Assembly (NCBI RefSeq): GCF_001458695.1
Contig: NZ_LN885086.1
Span: 1,800,001-1,832,000, forward strand
Length of the DNA stretch: 32,000 nt
From: Candidatus Nitrospira inopinata
GTDB taxonomy: Bacteria > Nitrospirota > Nitrospiria > Nitrospirales > Nitrospiraceae
Reading direction: 5' to 3'
Shown here: piece after piece, positions 7,660 to 15,638 of the stretch
Layout of the letters: the number at the start of each line of letters is the position of its first letter
Position numbering within the stretch: the first letter of the stretch is position 1
Notes under the pieces: model-generated
Database searches by the model: none
The model's input: only the letters and a program-made list of their open reading frames with translations
What the model was told of the DNA's origin: nothing
Made by a program: the position numbers and the translations under genes

Positions 7660-8334
7660 TCACGGGCAAGAACACAGAGAGGAGCACGGAGGCGTGCGTT
7701 GATCCCGCCGGATCATGGACGAGCGTGAGGACGAGGTCAGGCGCTTGCTCGCCATTGTTCCAAGTGTTCTAAGGAAGGTCAGTCCGGAGAGCAACAAAGT
7801 CAGTGCGCCGGGCAGGGGCACGGCGGAGACCCGATAGTTGAACCTGTAGGTCGTATCACCTTCGGTTTCCTGGTGCCAAAAACTGTAGGCGCCTGGTCCG
7901 AGAGGGCCGCCGGCGAGAAAGGCGAGAAGATCGTCGCCGACCGAAAGGCCGGGCAGCGCGCCGATCAAGGCCCACCCGCTGACGTCGGTAAATCCCATGC
8001 CGCGAAAATGGTCGCCCCTCGTCCAACCGAAAAACGATTGGTCGTCGGTGTTGGTGTAGGCGGCGAGGACGATTGCGTCCAGCGAGTGGCCGCCGGGAAT
8101 CGTGATGGTGAAAAAATCTCGATCCAGCGTCGGCAGGTGCGTGGTCGATCCCAGGATCAGGTTGTCGCCAACGGCAAGCGAGATGGTTGTCGGTCTCGCA
8201 TGATCATCTGAGAAGTCTCCATGAACAGCTTCATTATGAACAATGGCCGCTTCGGCGTTGAACGAGAGCAGGCTCACGCCGGCAATGACCAGGCTACCAA
8301 CCGCGCCGAACATTCCGTATGTCCTGTTTCTCAT
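7660..8334 (-). CDS. Secreted protein with a PEP-CTERM-like anchor and an unusually long basic tail
   Basis: Start at ATG 8334 (AGGAGGA upstream), giving MRNRTYGMFGAVGSLVIAGVSLLSFNAEA as a signal peptide. The body contains a DRDFFTITIPGGHSLDAIVL-type beta-sandwich-like segment. The C-terminal VPLPGALTLLLSGLTFL helix is followed by a 36-aa Ser/Arg-rich tail rather than an immediate stop. Confidence 0.7.
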   Translation of the reverse strand: MRNRTYGMFGAVGSLVIAGVSLLSFNAEAAIVHNEAVHGDFSDDHARPTTISLAVGDNLILGSTTHLPTLDRDFFTITIPGGHSLDAIVLAAYTNTDDQSFFGWTRGDHFRGMGFTDVSGWALIGALPGLSVGDDLLAFLAGGPLGPGAYSFWHQETEGDTTYRFNYRVSAVPLPGALTLLLSGLTFLRTLGTMASKRLTSSSRSSMIRRDQRTPPCSSLCSCP

Positions 8335-8712
8335 GACCGGTTCCTCCTGTTGAATGGTTGACCAAGACCGGCACAGGGCATCGAGACTCCTTACGCTAAA
8401 GCACCAGCGCGGGTCACCTGCGGATCGTCGCCAGTTGTTTACGTGAGGGGCAGGGGCTGAGGCCATGTTCTCACGCCGGAATCCCATGCGCTGTTTCCAG
8501 ACTCGAGTCCTGCCGGTTCCTAGAGGTGATGAGTCAGGTCCCGCAACGTGTAGCGTGGCCCTGGTGGGAACTGGTGGTCCAACCAGCCTGAGAAATGAAA
8601 TGGAGCCCAGGGCGTCTCGGTTATGAACGTTTCCGATGCGATTGAAGGCTCGCCGCCGCGATCACCGTTGAACGTAAGCCGGCGGAGCTGGAAGAGACCA
8701 GTCCGCTTTGTC

Positions 8713-9216
8713 TTATAAGACCGTGAGTGTGGCGACCATGCCGAGTTGGTAATGGCTCACTTTGGTTGTGTTGATTTCGGTTTCGGGCGCCTGGTCGTTG
8801 TTCTCGACGACCGCGCAGAACAGCGCGTACTTGCCTGGTGTCAACGTCACCGACTTCGATTGTGTGGCATGGGGAGGCAGATCGGTCTCTTCGATTTCGT
8901 CGATGACGGTGCCGGAGGCGCTCTCATCCACGACCCCGTCTTTTAGAGGCATGGTACCTGGAGTCACCCCGGCATTGAGCTTCAGAATGACGAGTTCGTG
9001 AGGGAGAGTGCCGGTATTGGTCACCCGAAAGGTGACCGACCCGGATGACACCATGGTGTTATCCGTCACGACCGCCCACTCCCTGAGCGTGACGTTGACG
9101 GTCGTGCCTACCGGGGCTTGCTGAGCCGGTACCGGGGGCTTGTCGCTTTGGCCGCAGCCGGTCAAGCCGGCGAGCAAGGTGAGCCACAGCGGGGCGGAGA
9201 ACAACTTCTTATTCAT
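8713..9216 (-). CDS. Cupredoxin-like lipoprotein
   Basis: Lipobox LLAGLTG-C. Strong SD (GAAGGAGG). Cupredoxin_1-like pattern: VTFRVTNTGTLPHELVI…TLTPGKYALFCAVV…SHYQLGMVATLTVL. The candidate His/Cys/His/Met ligands are present, but 20 residues separate Cys from the second His. Confidence 0.75.
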   Translation of the reverse strand: MNKKLFSAPLWLTLLAGLTGCGQSDKPPVPAQQAPVGTTVNVTLREWAVVTDNTMVSSGSVTFRVTNTGTLPHELVILKLNAGVTPGTMPLKDGVVDESASGTVIDEIEETDLPPHATQSKSVTLTPGKYALFCAVVENNDQAPETEINTTKVSHYQLGMVATLTVL

Positions 9217-9297
9217 GTGGAAACCTCCTTCTGTCGATCAAGGGAACGATGCCGTCGATTGCCCCATCGGTATAGCGCATTTGCGACGGGATGGGCG

Positions 9298-9321
9298 ATG
9301 TTCGATGGCCGGATTGACATG
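9298..9321. promoter_or_regulatory. Copy B of the conserved 24-nt motif ATGTTCGATGGCCGGATTGACATG
   Basis: See copy A at 7623-7646. A weaker third copy (16/24) lies at 8465-8488, upstream of the 8334 start. Confidence 0.4.
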
Positions 9322-9386
9322 GTTCTTTTTCACATACGATCCAGTTGCGGTCTTGCCAGAGGGCATAGAGGCAAGGAGCGGTTGGG

Positions 9387-10559
9387 CTACCGCCCCGGCG
9401 CTTGCAAGGCGGTTACCAGCGGAACGCGGGCGGCCCGTATCGCCGGCGGGAGGCCGCCCAACAGGCTGATGAGCAAGGAAAAGCTCAGGGTCGCGGCGGC
9501 CGATGGCGGTGTCAGGGTGAGGCGGAACGCCACTTCGGCAAAGGTGCTGAAGTTCATCGTCGAGAGGGTGACGAATTGCAGAGCGGCCCCGCCGGCCAGG
9601 GCCAAGGCTCCCGCTGTCGCACCGATAATGAGGGATTCAATAAGAAAGACAAAGCAAATGGAGGTGGGGACAAAACCCAGGGCGCGCAACGTCCCGATTT
9701 CTCTCGTGCGCGCCGCGACTGCTCCGTACATGGTCATGGTGCCGCCCAACAGGGCGCCGATCGAAAAGATCGTCGTGAAGGTGAATCCCAGGACCCGAAT
9801 GAACGTGGCCAGGGTCACGGATTTTTCTCGATAGTAGTCCCGTTCCCGCTTCACCTGGAGCATGAGGCGCGGATCGTCCGCAATGAGTCGATTGAGCGGT
9901 TCAAACGCGGCCTCGTCCGAGAGGCGAAGCGTCAGCGAGGAGTAGGATTCTCGTCCATAGGCCGCCATCAGGAGGTCCACGTCTCCCCAGATTTCCGATT
10001 CGAACGCGGTGCCGTCAGCGGTCATGATGCCAACGACCTGCCAGTCGCGTTTGCCGACGCGCAAAGCGGAGCCGATGCCGTGAGGCAGAAAACGGGAGGC
10101 GATTTGAGAGCCCACGACGATCTCCGCCGTTCCCGGCTGCCATGGGCGTCCCTCGACCAGACGGACTTGCGGCCGCAACGTAAACGCCATGGGATGCGTG
10201 CCTCGGACCGTGACGTTGACCGGCGCCTCCCCTCCGGTTTTCGTCAGGCTGACTAAGACGACCAACTCGGCGAGCGCCACGGGGTTGCCGTCCGTATCGG
10301 ACGCGATGCCCGGAAGCGAGCGGATGATGTGAGTTTGATTTCGATAGAGGCCGCTTGCGATTTCCGTCGTGGCTCCCTGGCGGAGCAACAGGACGTTGGT
10401 CGGTGATCCGCTATCAACCAACGCGCGCGTCAGGCCGTCCCCGATCATCAACACGCTCAAGAAAATAAGGCTGACCAGCCCCATGCCTATGACGGTGAGC
10501 ATGGTCGTTCGACCGCGCGACCAGGCGTTTCGGACGCTATAGGCCAACAAGAGTTTCAT
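9387..10559 (-). CDS. ABC transporter permease, FtsX/MacB type
   Basis: Start at ATG 10559 (MKLLLAYSVRNAWSRGRTTMLTVIGMGLVSLIF). N-terminal TM helix, large periplasmic domain and a C-terminal three-TM FtsX module (…REIGTLRALGF…). Confidence 0.85.
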   Translation of the reverse strand: MKLLLAYSVRNAWSRGRTTMLTVIGMGLVSLIFLSVLMIGDGLTRALVDSGSPTNVLLLRQGATTEIASGLYRNQTHIIRSLPGIASDTDGNPVALAELVVLVSLTKTGGEAPVNVTVRGTHPMAFTLRPQVRLVEGRPWQPGTAEIVVGSQIASRFLPHGIGSALRVGKRDWQVVGIMTADGTAFESEIWGDVDLLMAAYGRESYSSLTLRLSDEAAFEPLNRLIADDPRLMLQVKRERDYYREKSVTLATFIRVLGFTFTTIFSIGALLGGTMTMYGAVAARTREIGTLRALGFVPTSICFVFLIESLIIGATAGALALAGGAALQFVTLSTMNFSTFAEVAFRLTLTPPSAAATLSFSLLISLLGGLPPAIRAARVPLVTALQAPGR

Positions 10560-10569
10560 GGCGAACGCC

Positions 10570-11739
10570 CTATCCGATGTGCCGGAGATCGTCGGCGACA
10601 TTGCTCCGGAGCGCGGTGACAAGCGGAATCGCGGCCGCGCAGCAGGCCGTGATCAGGGTGGCCAAAGCGCCGAGCACCAACGTGCTTGGATAGACGACAA
10701 GCTGCTGAAAGAAATTGCCCAACTTGGTCGAGACTAAGGTGGCATACAGATCGATAGCCGGGATGGTCATGGCGATTCCCATAATCGATCCGAGGGCGGC
10801 GATCAGCAACGCCTCGCCGGTAATCAGAGCCGCCAGATGGCGACGTTCAAAGCCGAGGGTTCGAAGGACCGCCCATTCCCTTGTCCGTTCGCGCACGGCC
10901 ATGACCAGGGTATTGGCCAACACCAGCAGGGTGACACCGTTCAGCACGACCGCGAGCAGCTCCAAGGCGCGCACGATCGATCCCGACATGGCCACGAAGC
11001 CGGCCTGAAAGGCCTGCTCGGTCTCGGTCCTTGTTTCGGCGACCGAATTGGCGAAGGTGTCATCGACCGCGCGCGACAGGGCTCCGGCCGTGGAGGAGTC
11101 CGCGATCCGCAACACGTACCAGCCGACGGTGTCGGCGCGATCGGGATCAAATTGCCGGCGGCGTTCATTGACAGAGTCCCAACGGATCAGCATCCAGTTT
11201 TCATCGGTGGAGGGCTCGGTTCCCCGGTAGATGCCTCGGACGATGAATTCCCAGTCGCCTGGATACAGGGTGCCTTTGAGGGGAATCACGTCGCCGACGC
11301 GCCAGCCGTACAGATCGGCCAGACGTCGGCCGATGAGACAGCCCCGGCGGTCGCTCAAGAAGTCCCGTCGCTCGCCGGGATCGAGCATCAACTCGGGGTG
11401 CAGGTCGAGGAACGACTCCGGATCGACGGCGAACTGGGGAAAGAATCCCTTGGCGTCCCGATAGACTCCCCCGAACCAATTGGCGAACGTCACGCCGGTG
11501 ATACCATCGATGGCGGCCAGACGGTCCCGGTACGAAAGCGGCAGGTGAATCGACAGCGATGCCGCGTGGCGTGTGATCAACCGGTTCGGGGCGGCTGCCT
11601 CCACACCGGCATACCAGGCTCGAACCGTGGTGATGATCAGGTTGAACGCCAGAATGATCGTGGCGATCCCCAAAACGGTGAGAGTCACCCGCAGGACCTG
11701 CCGATGCGCGTTGCGAATGATGAGGGTTACCAGCGTCAT
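10570..11739 (-). CDS. ABC transporter permease, FtsX/MacB type (second copy)
   Basis: [32 protein letters not shown]… followed by a periplasmic domain and an FtsX module (RTREWAVLRTLGFERRHL). The start overlaps the ATPase stop as ATGA. Confidence 0.85.
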   Translation of the reverse strand: MTLVTLIIRNAHRQVLRVTLTVLGIATIILAFNLIITTVRAWYAGVEAAAPNRLITRHAASLSIHLPLSYRDRLAAIDGITGVTFANWFGGVYRDAKGFFPQFAVDPESFLDLHPELMLDPGERRDFLSDRRGCLIGRRLADLYGWRVGDVIPLKGTLYPGDWEFIVRGIYRGTEPSTDENWMLIRWDSVNERRRQFDPDRADTVGWYVLRIADSSTAGALSRAVDDTFANSVAETRTETEQAFQAGFVAMSGSIVRALELLAVVLNGVTLLVLANTLVMAVRERTREWAVLRTLGFERRHLAALITGEALLIAALGSIMGIAMTIPAIDLYATLVSTKLGNFFQQLVVYPSTLVLGALATLITACCAAAIPLVTALRSNVADDLRHIG

Positions 11740-12422
11740 CGGCTCGACCCCTTTCCCTTGTCGACATGAAGGACGGTCTCCGCGTACTCCGCCACAAACG
11801 GATCGTGGGTCACCATGACGATGGTTTTGCCAAGTTCCCGGTGCAGGCGACGGAGCAAGGTCATGACGGCCTCGGCCGCTTCCCGGTCAAGGTTGCCGGT
11901 GGGCTCGTCCGCCAGAAGGATGGTCGGGTCGCCGACGATCGCCCGGGCGATGCCGACGCGCTGCTCTTGTCCTCCCGACAACTGGCGTGGGTAATGGTCG
12001 AGTCGATCGCCCAGCCCGACCAGCTCCAGCGCCGCGCGAACGCGTTTGGCCCGTTCAGATTTGGAGAGAGAACTGAGCAGCAGGGGCAGTTCGACGTTTT
12101 CAGCGGCCGTAAGGACCGGGATGAGATTATAAAACTGAAACACAAATCCGATGTGTCGGGCCCGCCAGCGGGCAAGCTCGGTCTCCCGCTGTCGAGAGAC
12201 CTCCATGCCGGCGACGCGAATGGTTCCATTAACGGGGCGGTCCAGTCCGGCGATGAGATTCAGGATCGTGGTCTTGCCTGATCCGGAAGGACCCATGACG
12301 GAGAGAAATTGTCCGTTGGGAACCGACAAGTTGAAGTTTCGGAGCACGGGAATCTCCTGGTCCCCACGGACGTAGGATTTCGTGACGTGGCAACATTCGA
12401 TCACCGGTTGGATTATCACCAT
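11736..12422 (-). CDS. ABC transporter ATP-binding protein (MacB/LolD-like)
   Basis: Walker [10 protein letters not shown], signature [14 protein letters not shown], Walker [13 protein letters not shown] and an H-loop (VTHD). Start chosen at ATG 12422, preceded by AGGAG. Confidence 0.9.
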   Translation of the reverse strand: MVIIQPVIECCHVTKSYVRGDQEIPVLRNFNLSVPNGQFLSVMGPSGSGKTTILNLIAGLDRPVNGTIRVAGMEVSRQRETELARWRARHIGFVFQFYNLIPVLTAAENVELPLLLSSLSKSERAKRVRAALELVGLGDRLDHYPRQLSGGQEQRVGIARAIVGDPTILLADEPTGNLDREAAEAVMTLLRRLHRELGKTIVMVTHDPFVAEYAETVLHVDKGKGSSR

Positions 12423-12438
12423 CCACTCCTTTCGTGTG

Positions 12439-13677
12439 TTAACGGACTGAGCCGGCACGGACACGGGTGCCGTTTGTGAGTGAAGAAGGGGGCATGAGAA
12501 TCACTCGCGCGGTTGATGACAAATTCCCCCGCACCTCACTGTCTGAGTTTTGCCGCAAGACTTCTTCGACGGCGACTTCCCGTGCGACGTCATGGTCCAG
12601 CACATAGAGGACGGTTCGGTTTTCTTTTGTAATGAGAGAAACGGCCGGGACCAAAAACCGAGGCGATTCCCCGGAGCCTGATTGAGCCGAAGGCAAAAAA
12701 GACACCTTGGCGCTCATCTCCGGCAGCACGCGATCGTCCAGGTCGAGGAACCGGATCTTCGCCGACACGGTGCCTTTCGATCGATCGGCCGTAGGCACGA
12801 TCTGTTCGATCGTGCCTTGGTATCGGACGCCGGGCAGGGCGTCCAGCGTGATCTCGGCCGGACGGCCCGGCGCGACCTTGGTAATGGCGGATTCGGAGAT
12901 ATCCACTTCCACGGCGAGCGTCGCCATGTCTCCGATGAGCGCGACCGCCCCCCGCGCGTTGGTGGCGCCGGCCATCGGGGCCACGATTTCACCGACCTCG
13001 GCGAACTTTTTGAGCACGATGCCATCGAACGGCGCCCGGATCTTGGTGTTTTCCATCATGACGTCGGCCGTGAGCACGTCCGCTTCCGCGGCGGCAATGG
13101 CCGCGGAAGCGGATCGCACTGAGGCTTCGGCCTTTCTGAGGCGATTGGCTGCGACGTCGAACTCGGATTGAGAAATGAACTGATCTGGCAACAGGGCCTT
13201 GGCTCGGTCATAGGCCAATCGGGCGTCTTGCAACTCAGCCCGGGCATTTTCCAGTGTCGCGTGCGCCACTTCGAGCCTGGCGCGGGCTTGCCGTTGCAAA
13301 GCCAGCATGTCAGCCTGTTCGATGCGGGCGATGACCTCCCCCGCTTTCACGCGGCTTCCGATGGCGATGCCGAGATATTCAAGGCGGCCGGTTCCCTTGG
13401 ATGCGACCGAAGCCTGGCGCTGGGCGACGACGTAGCCGCTGGCCGTCAGAGGAGCTTCAGCGGATGTTCCCCCGATCAATCGCACGGGCGCCGTGTCCAC
13501 TTCGAGAATCGGCTCCGAGAGAGGAAGCAACCGAACCAGCGCCGGCACGATCAGGCCCACGGCCACTGCTCCCGCGAGCCGTTTCCTCCACGACCCTGGT
13601 CGGCCGGAGGGAGGCGGCTCTTCCCGAGGCATCCGCAGAATCGAAAGATCGACGTCACCTGAAGGAGGAGGAGTCAT
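12439..13677 (-). CDS. HlyD/MacA-family periplasmic adaptor
   Basis: Start at ATG 13677, which overlaps the AraC stop (ATGA). TM anchor (LAGAVAVGLIVPALV). Lipoyl-like and coiled-coil segments (GEVIARIEQADMLALQRQARARLEVAHATLENARAEL…IRAPFDGIVL). The longer 571-aa track ORF is an artefactual 5' extension across the AraC gene. Confidence 0.85.
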   Translation of the reverse strand: MTPPPSGDVDLSILRMPREEPPPSGRPGSWRKRLAGAVAVGLIVPALVRLLPLSEPILEVDTAPVRLIGGTSAEAPLTASGYVVAQRQASVASKGTGRLEYLGIAIGSRVKAGEVIARIEQADMLALQRQARARLEVAHATLENARAELQDARLAYDRAKALLPDQFISQSEFDVAANRLRKAEASVRSASAAIAAAEADVLTADVMMENTKIRAPFDGIVLKKFAEVGEIVAPMAGATNARGAVALIGDMATLAVEVDISESAITKVAPGRPAEITLDALPGVRYQGTIEQIVPTADRSKGTVSAKIRFLDLDDRVLPEMSAKVSFLPSAQSGSGESPRFLVPAVSLITKENRTVLYVLDHDVAREVAVEEVLRQNSDSEVRGNLSSTARVILMPPSSLTNGTRVRAGSVR

Positions 13678-14243
13678 TGAGAAAGGCTCTGTTGAGGCTT
13701 TGTGGTTGAAGACGGTTGGCGCCGGGCGTGCGTCGCGCGAAAGGCCCGCGGCGAGAACCCCGTCGCCCGCTTGAAGAAATGACTGAACGAAAATTGATCG
13801 CTGAACCCAACCGATGCGGCGATGTCCCCGATTGATTTGTCGGTGGTCAGAAGCAAATCGGACGCGATTTCCGCCCGCCGCCGCGCGAGATAGCGAGAGA
13901 ATGGTTCTCCCATCACGGAACGAAACAGCTCGGAGCAGTATTTTTCGGAATATCCCAACCACTCGGCCAAGGTTTTGAGCGTGGGACCCTGATGGAGGCT
14001 GGAGGAAAGAAACGTCGCGATCCGGGTCGCAAGATCGTTGGAGGCCTGGGCCTCCTCGCGAAGCGGCCGGTCGACGGAGGACAGGTCGAAGAGCTTGCAG
14101 AGCACGTCCAAAAATTCCCGATCGGTCGTCGCGCTGGACAGGCGATCGGCCCACCGGGGCGCATGGCGTCGAAGTTGCGTGATGAGCGTTTGCAACTGAT
14201 CAAATCGCGCGTCGGCTCTTTTCTGTCTTTCCATGATGACCAC
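13674..14243 (-). CDS. AraC-family transcriptional regulator (short, about 186-189 aa)
   Basis: C-terminal double HTH (LKTLAEWLGYSEKYCSELFRSVMGEPFSRYLARRRAEIASDLLLTTDKSIGDIAASVGFSDQFSFSHFFKRATGFSPRAFR). The track start at 14243 is a GTG; an ATG follows at 14234. Confidence 0.85.
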   Translation of the reverse strand: MVIMERQKRADARFDQLQTLITQLRRHAPRWADRLSSATTDREFLDVLCKLFDLSSVDRPLREEAQASNDLATRIATFLSSSLHQGPTLKTLAEWLGYSEKYCSELFRSVMGEPFSRYLARRRAEIASDLLLTTDKSIGDIAASVGFSDQFSFSHFFKRATGFSPRAFRATHARRQPSSTTKPQQSLSQ

Positions 14244-14707
14244 GTGATGGGTGCGTCCTCTATCGGGTTTCGTACCTTGGAACGGATGGGCTCCAGGGCA
14301 CCACGGCGAACGGTCAAGCGGCGAACGGTCGCCTTCTCCTTCCCGTTGTGCAGCCGGGTTGCCAATCGTGTTTCAGTCTGGCTTGAAGACGGCGCGTCCA
14401 GATTGAATTCAGAAGCCCCCGCGTTTTGCCGCGTCGATGTCGGCCCCTCCATCGGCACCGCCGGCACCACGGAGTGCGGCTCGGACGGGGTTTGAGTCTG
14501 TGACACAGACGACAGACGTCTGATCGTTCATGCCGGTTATGACGGGCGGTTCCTTGGGATGGCGGCGTCATTTTTTCACTCCTTCATCGCTTCTGCACAG
14601 GATCATGACGGTCCCTCGGTGTTTGAGACCGTGTTGAGTCATAGGCCACGCTGATCAATCGATCCTTGTTTCGCCCCGAGCTTGTTCGTCACCTAGTCGG
14701 AGAAGAG

Positions 14708-14750
14708 GGCGGGGCCGGTGACCTCTTAGAACGGTCGGAACGGCCCCGCC
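14708..14750 (-). terminator. GC-rich 10-bp stem-loop downstream of the HD-GYP gene; weak terminator candidate
   Basis: ggcggggccg (14708-14717) pairs with cggccccgcc (14741-14750) across a 23-nt loop. On the minus strand only a C/U-mixed tract (CUCUUCUCC) follows. Confidence 0.35.
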
Positions 14751-14829
14751 GGCGAAGTGGGGGGAGGCAGCGTCCCACTCCGTTTCCAAATCTTTTGTCA
14801 AGCGGCCGGTCGTATGATCGAACGGCATG

Positions 14830-15531
14830 TTATCGTCTACCTCCATGGGGCGGACTTGCCGAAGCGCTGTGCAAGCCCCTTTCCGACGCCACCCAGAGCT
14901 TTGCCACCACCATCGGGTCGAATTGCGTTCCCGCCGCGACGCGCAGAATTTTGAGCGCGATGCGGTCACGAAGGGAGCGGTCTTGCACGCCGGGGACGTG
15001 AATCGCTTCAAAGGCGTCGGCCACGGCCAGAATTCTCGCGCCGAGGGGAATGAACTCTCCGCGGACGCCGTAGGGATAGCCGCATCCATCCCACCATTCG
15101 TGGTGATGGGCGATCAGAATCGCCGCTTGCCTCAAGAAGACGAACGGTTCAAGCAAATTGGCGCCAAGCCGGGAATGGTGCTGAAGGGCGACGTACGATG
15201 AGGGATCAAGTGGTTCACATCCCTGTCTGAGCGGCTCCGGCACCATGAGGAGGCCGATGTCGTGCAGCAGGGCGGCGAGCTTCAGATCATGGAGCGCGGT
15301 CGCGTCAAGTTCGAACGCTTCTCCGATCAGGCAGGCGACGACGGCGGTCCGTTCGGCGTGACCGGCCTGCCAGGGCAGGGCGCGGTCGAGCTCTTTGCTG
15401 ACCTGCCGGACCAGAATGCTTTCGACGTCTCGGCGCGAAGCCGCCGGCAGGCGGAGACGATCGATCTTGCCCAGCAGCCGTTGAATCTTCAACACGGCCG
15501 GCTCGACGTGTGCGACAGAATCAGTGCGCAT
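14830..15531 (-). CDS. HD-GYP domain protein (predicted c-di-GMP phosphodiesterase)
   Basis: Start at ATG 15531 with AGGAGGA upstream. Motifs LHDIGLLMVPE, HHSRLGANLLEP and IAHHHEWWDGCGYPYGVRGEFIPLGARILAVADAFEAI. Confidence 0.85.
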   Translation of the reverse strand: MRTDSVAHVEPAVLKIQRLLGKIDRLRLPAASRRDVESILVRQVSKELDRALPWQAGHAERTAVVACLIGEAFELDATALHDLKLAALLHDIGLLMVPEPLRQGCEPLDPSSYVALQHHSRLGANLLEPFVFLRQAAILIAHHHEWWDGCGYPYGVRGEFIPLGARILAVADAFEAIHVPGVQDRSLRDRIALKILRVAAGTQFDPMVVAKLWVASERGLHSASASPPHGGRR

Positions 15532-15544
15532 GGCAGTCCTCCTG

Positions 15545-15583
15545 AAAAACGGAGCCCAGGACCACGGTTGTGATCCTGGGCTC
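15545..15583 (-). terminator. Intrinsic-terminator-like hairpin abutting the HD-GYP ribosome-binding site
   Basis: Perfect 10-bp stem gagcccagga (15552-15561) / tcctgggctc (15574-15583) with a 12-nt loop. On the minus strand it is followed by CGUUUUUC and then directly by AGGAGGA. Confidence 0.55.
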
Positions 15584-15638
15584 TGGGTGTGAACCTCTGG
15601 CCGCTGAAACGCGAGCGAAACCAATCAACTCACGACGG

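Noticed and set aside
9314-9340. Plus-strand TTGACA within motif copy B, considered as the -35 of an antisense promoter
   Set aside because: The best -10-like hexamer (TACGAT) is only 15 nt away. Copy A has TTGATA with no usable -10. The conserved spacing relative to minus-strand start codons fits an upstream operator better.
13678-14154. 5' extension of the HlyD ORF (571-aa version)
   Set aside because: It overlaps the AraC gene in another frame and is Arg/Gly-rich. The internal ATG at 13677 gives a normal membrane-anchored adaptor and an ATGA junction with AraC.
14314-14571. 85-aa minus-strand ORF with a good AGGAG and a CxxC-x12-CxxC pattern
   Set aside because: It is extremely Arg-rich (typical of an off-frame CGN run). 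Its third-position GC is only about 58% by hand count, lower than the competing frame. The Cys pattern is likely fortuitous. It is mentioned under the 14244-14829 finding rather than called.
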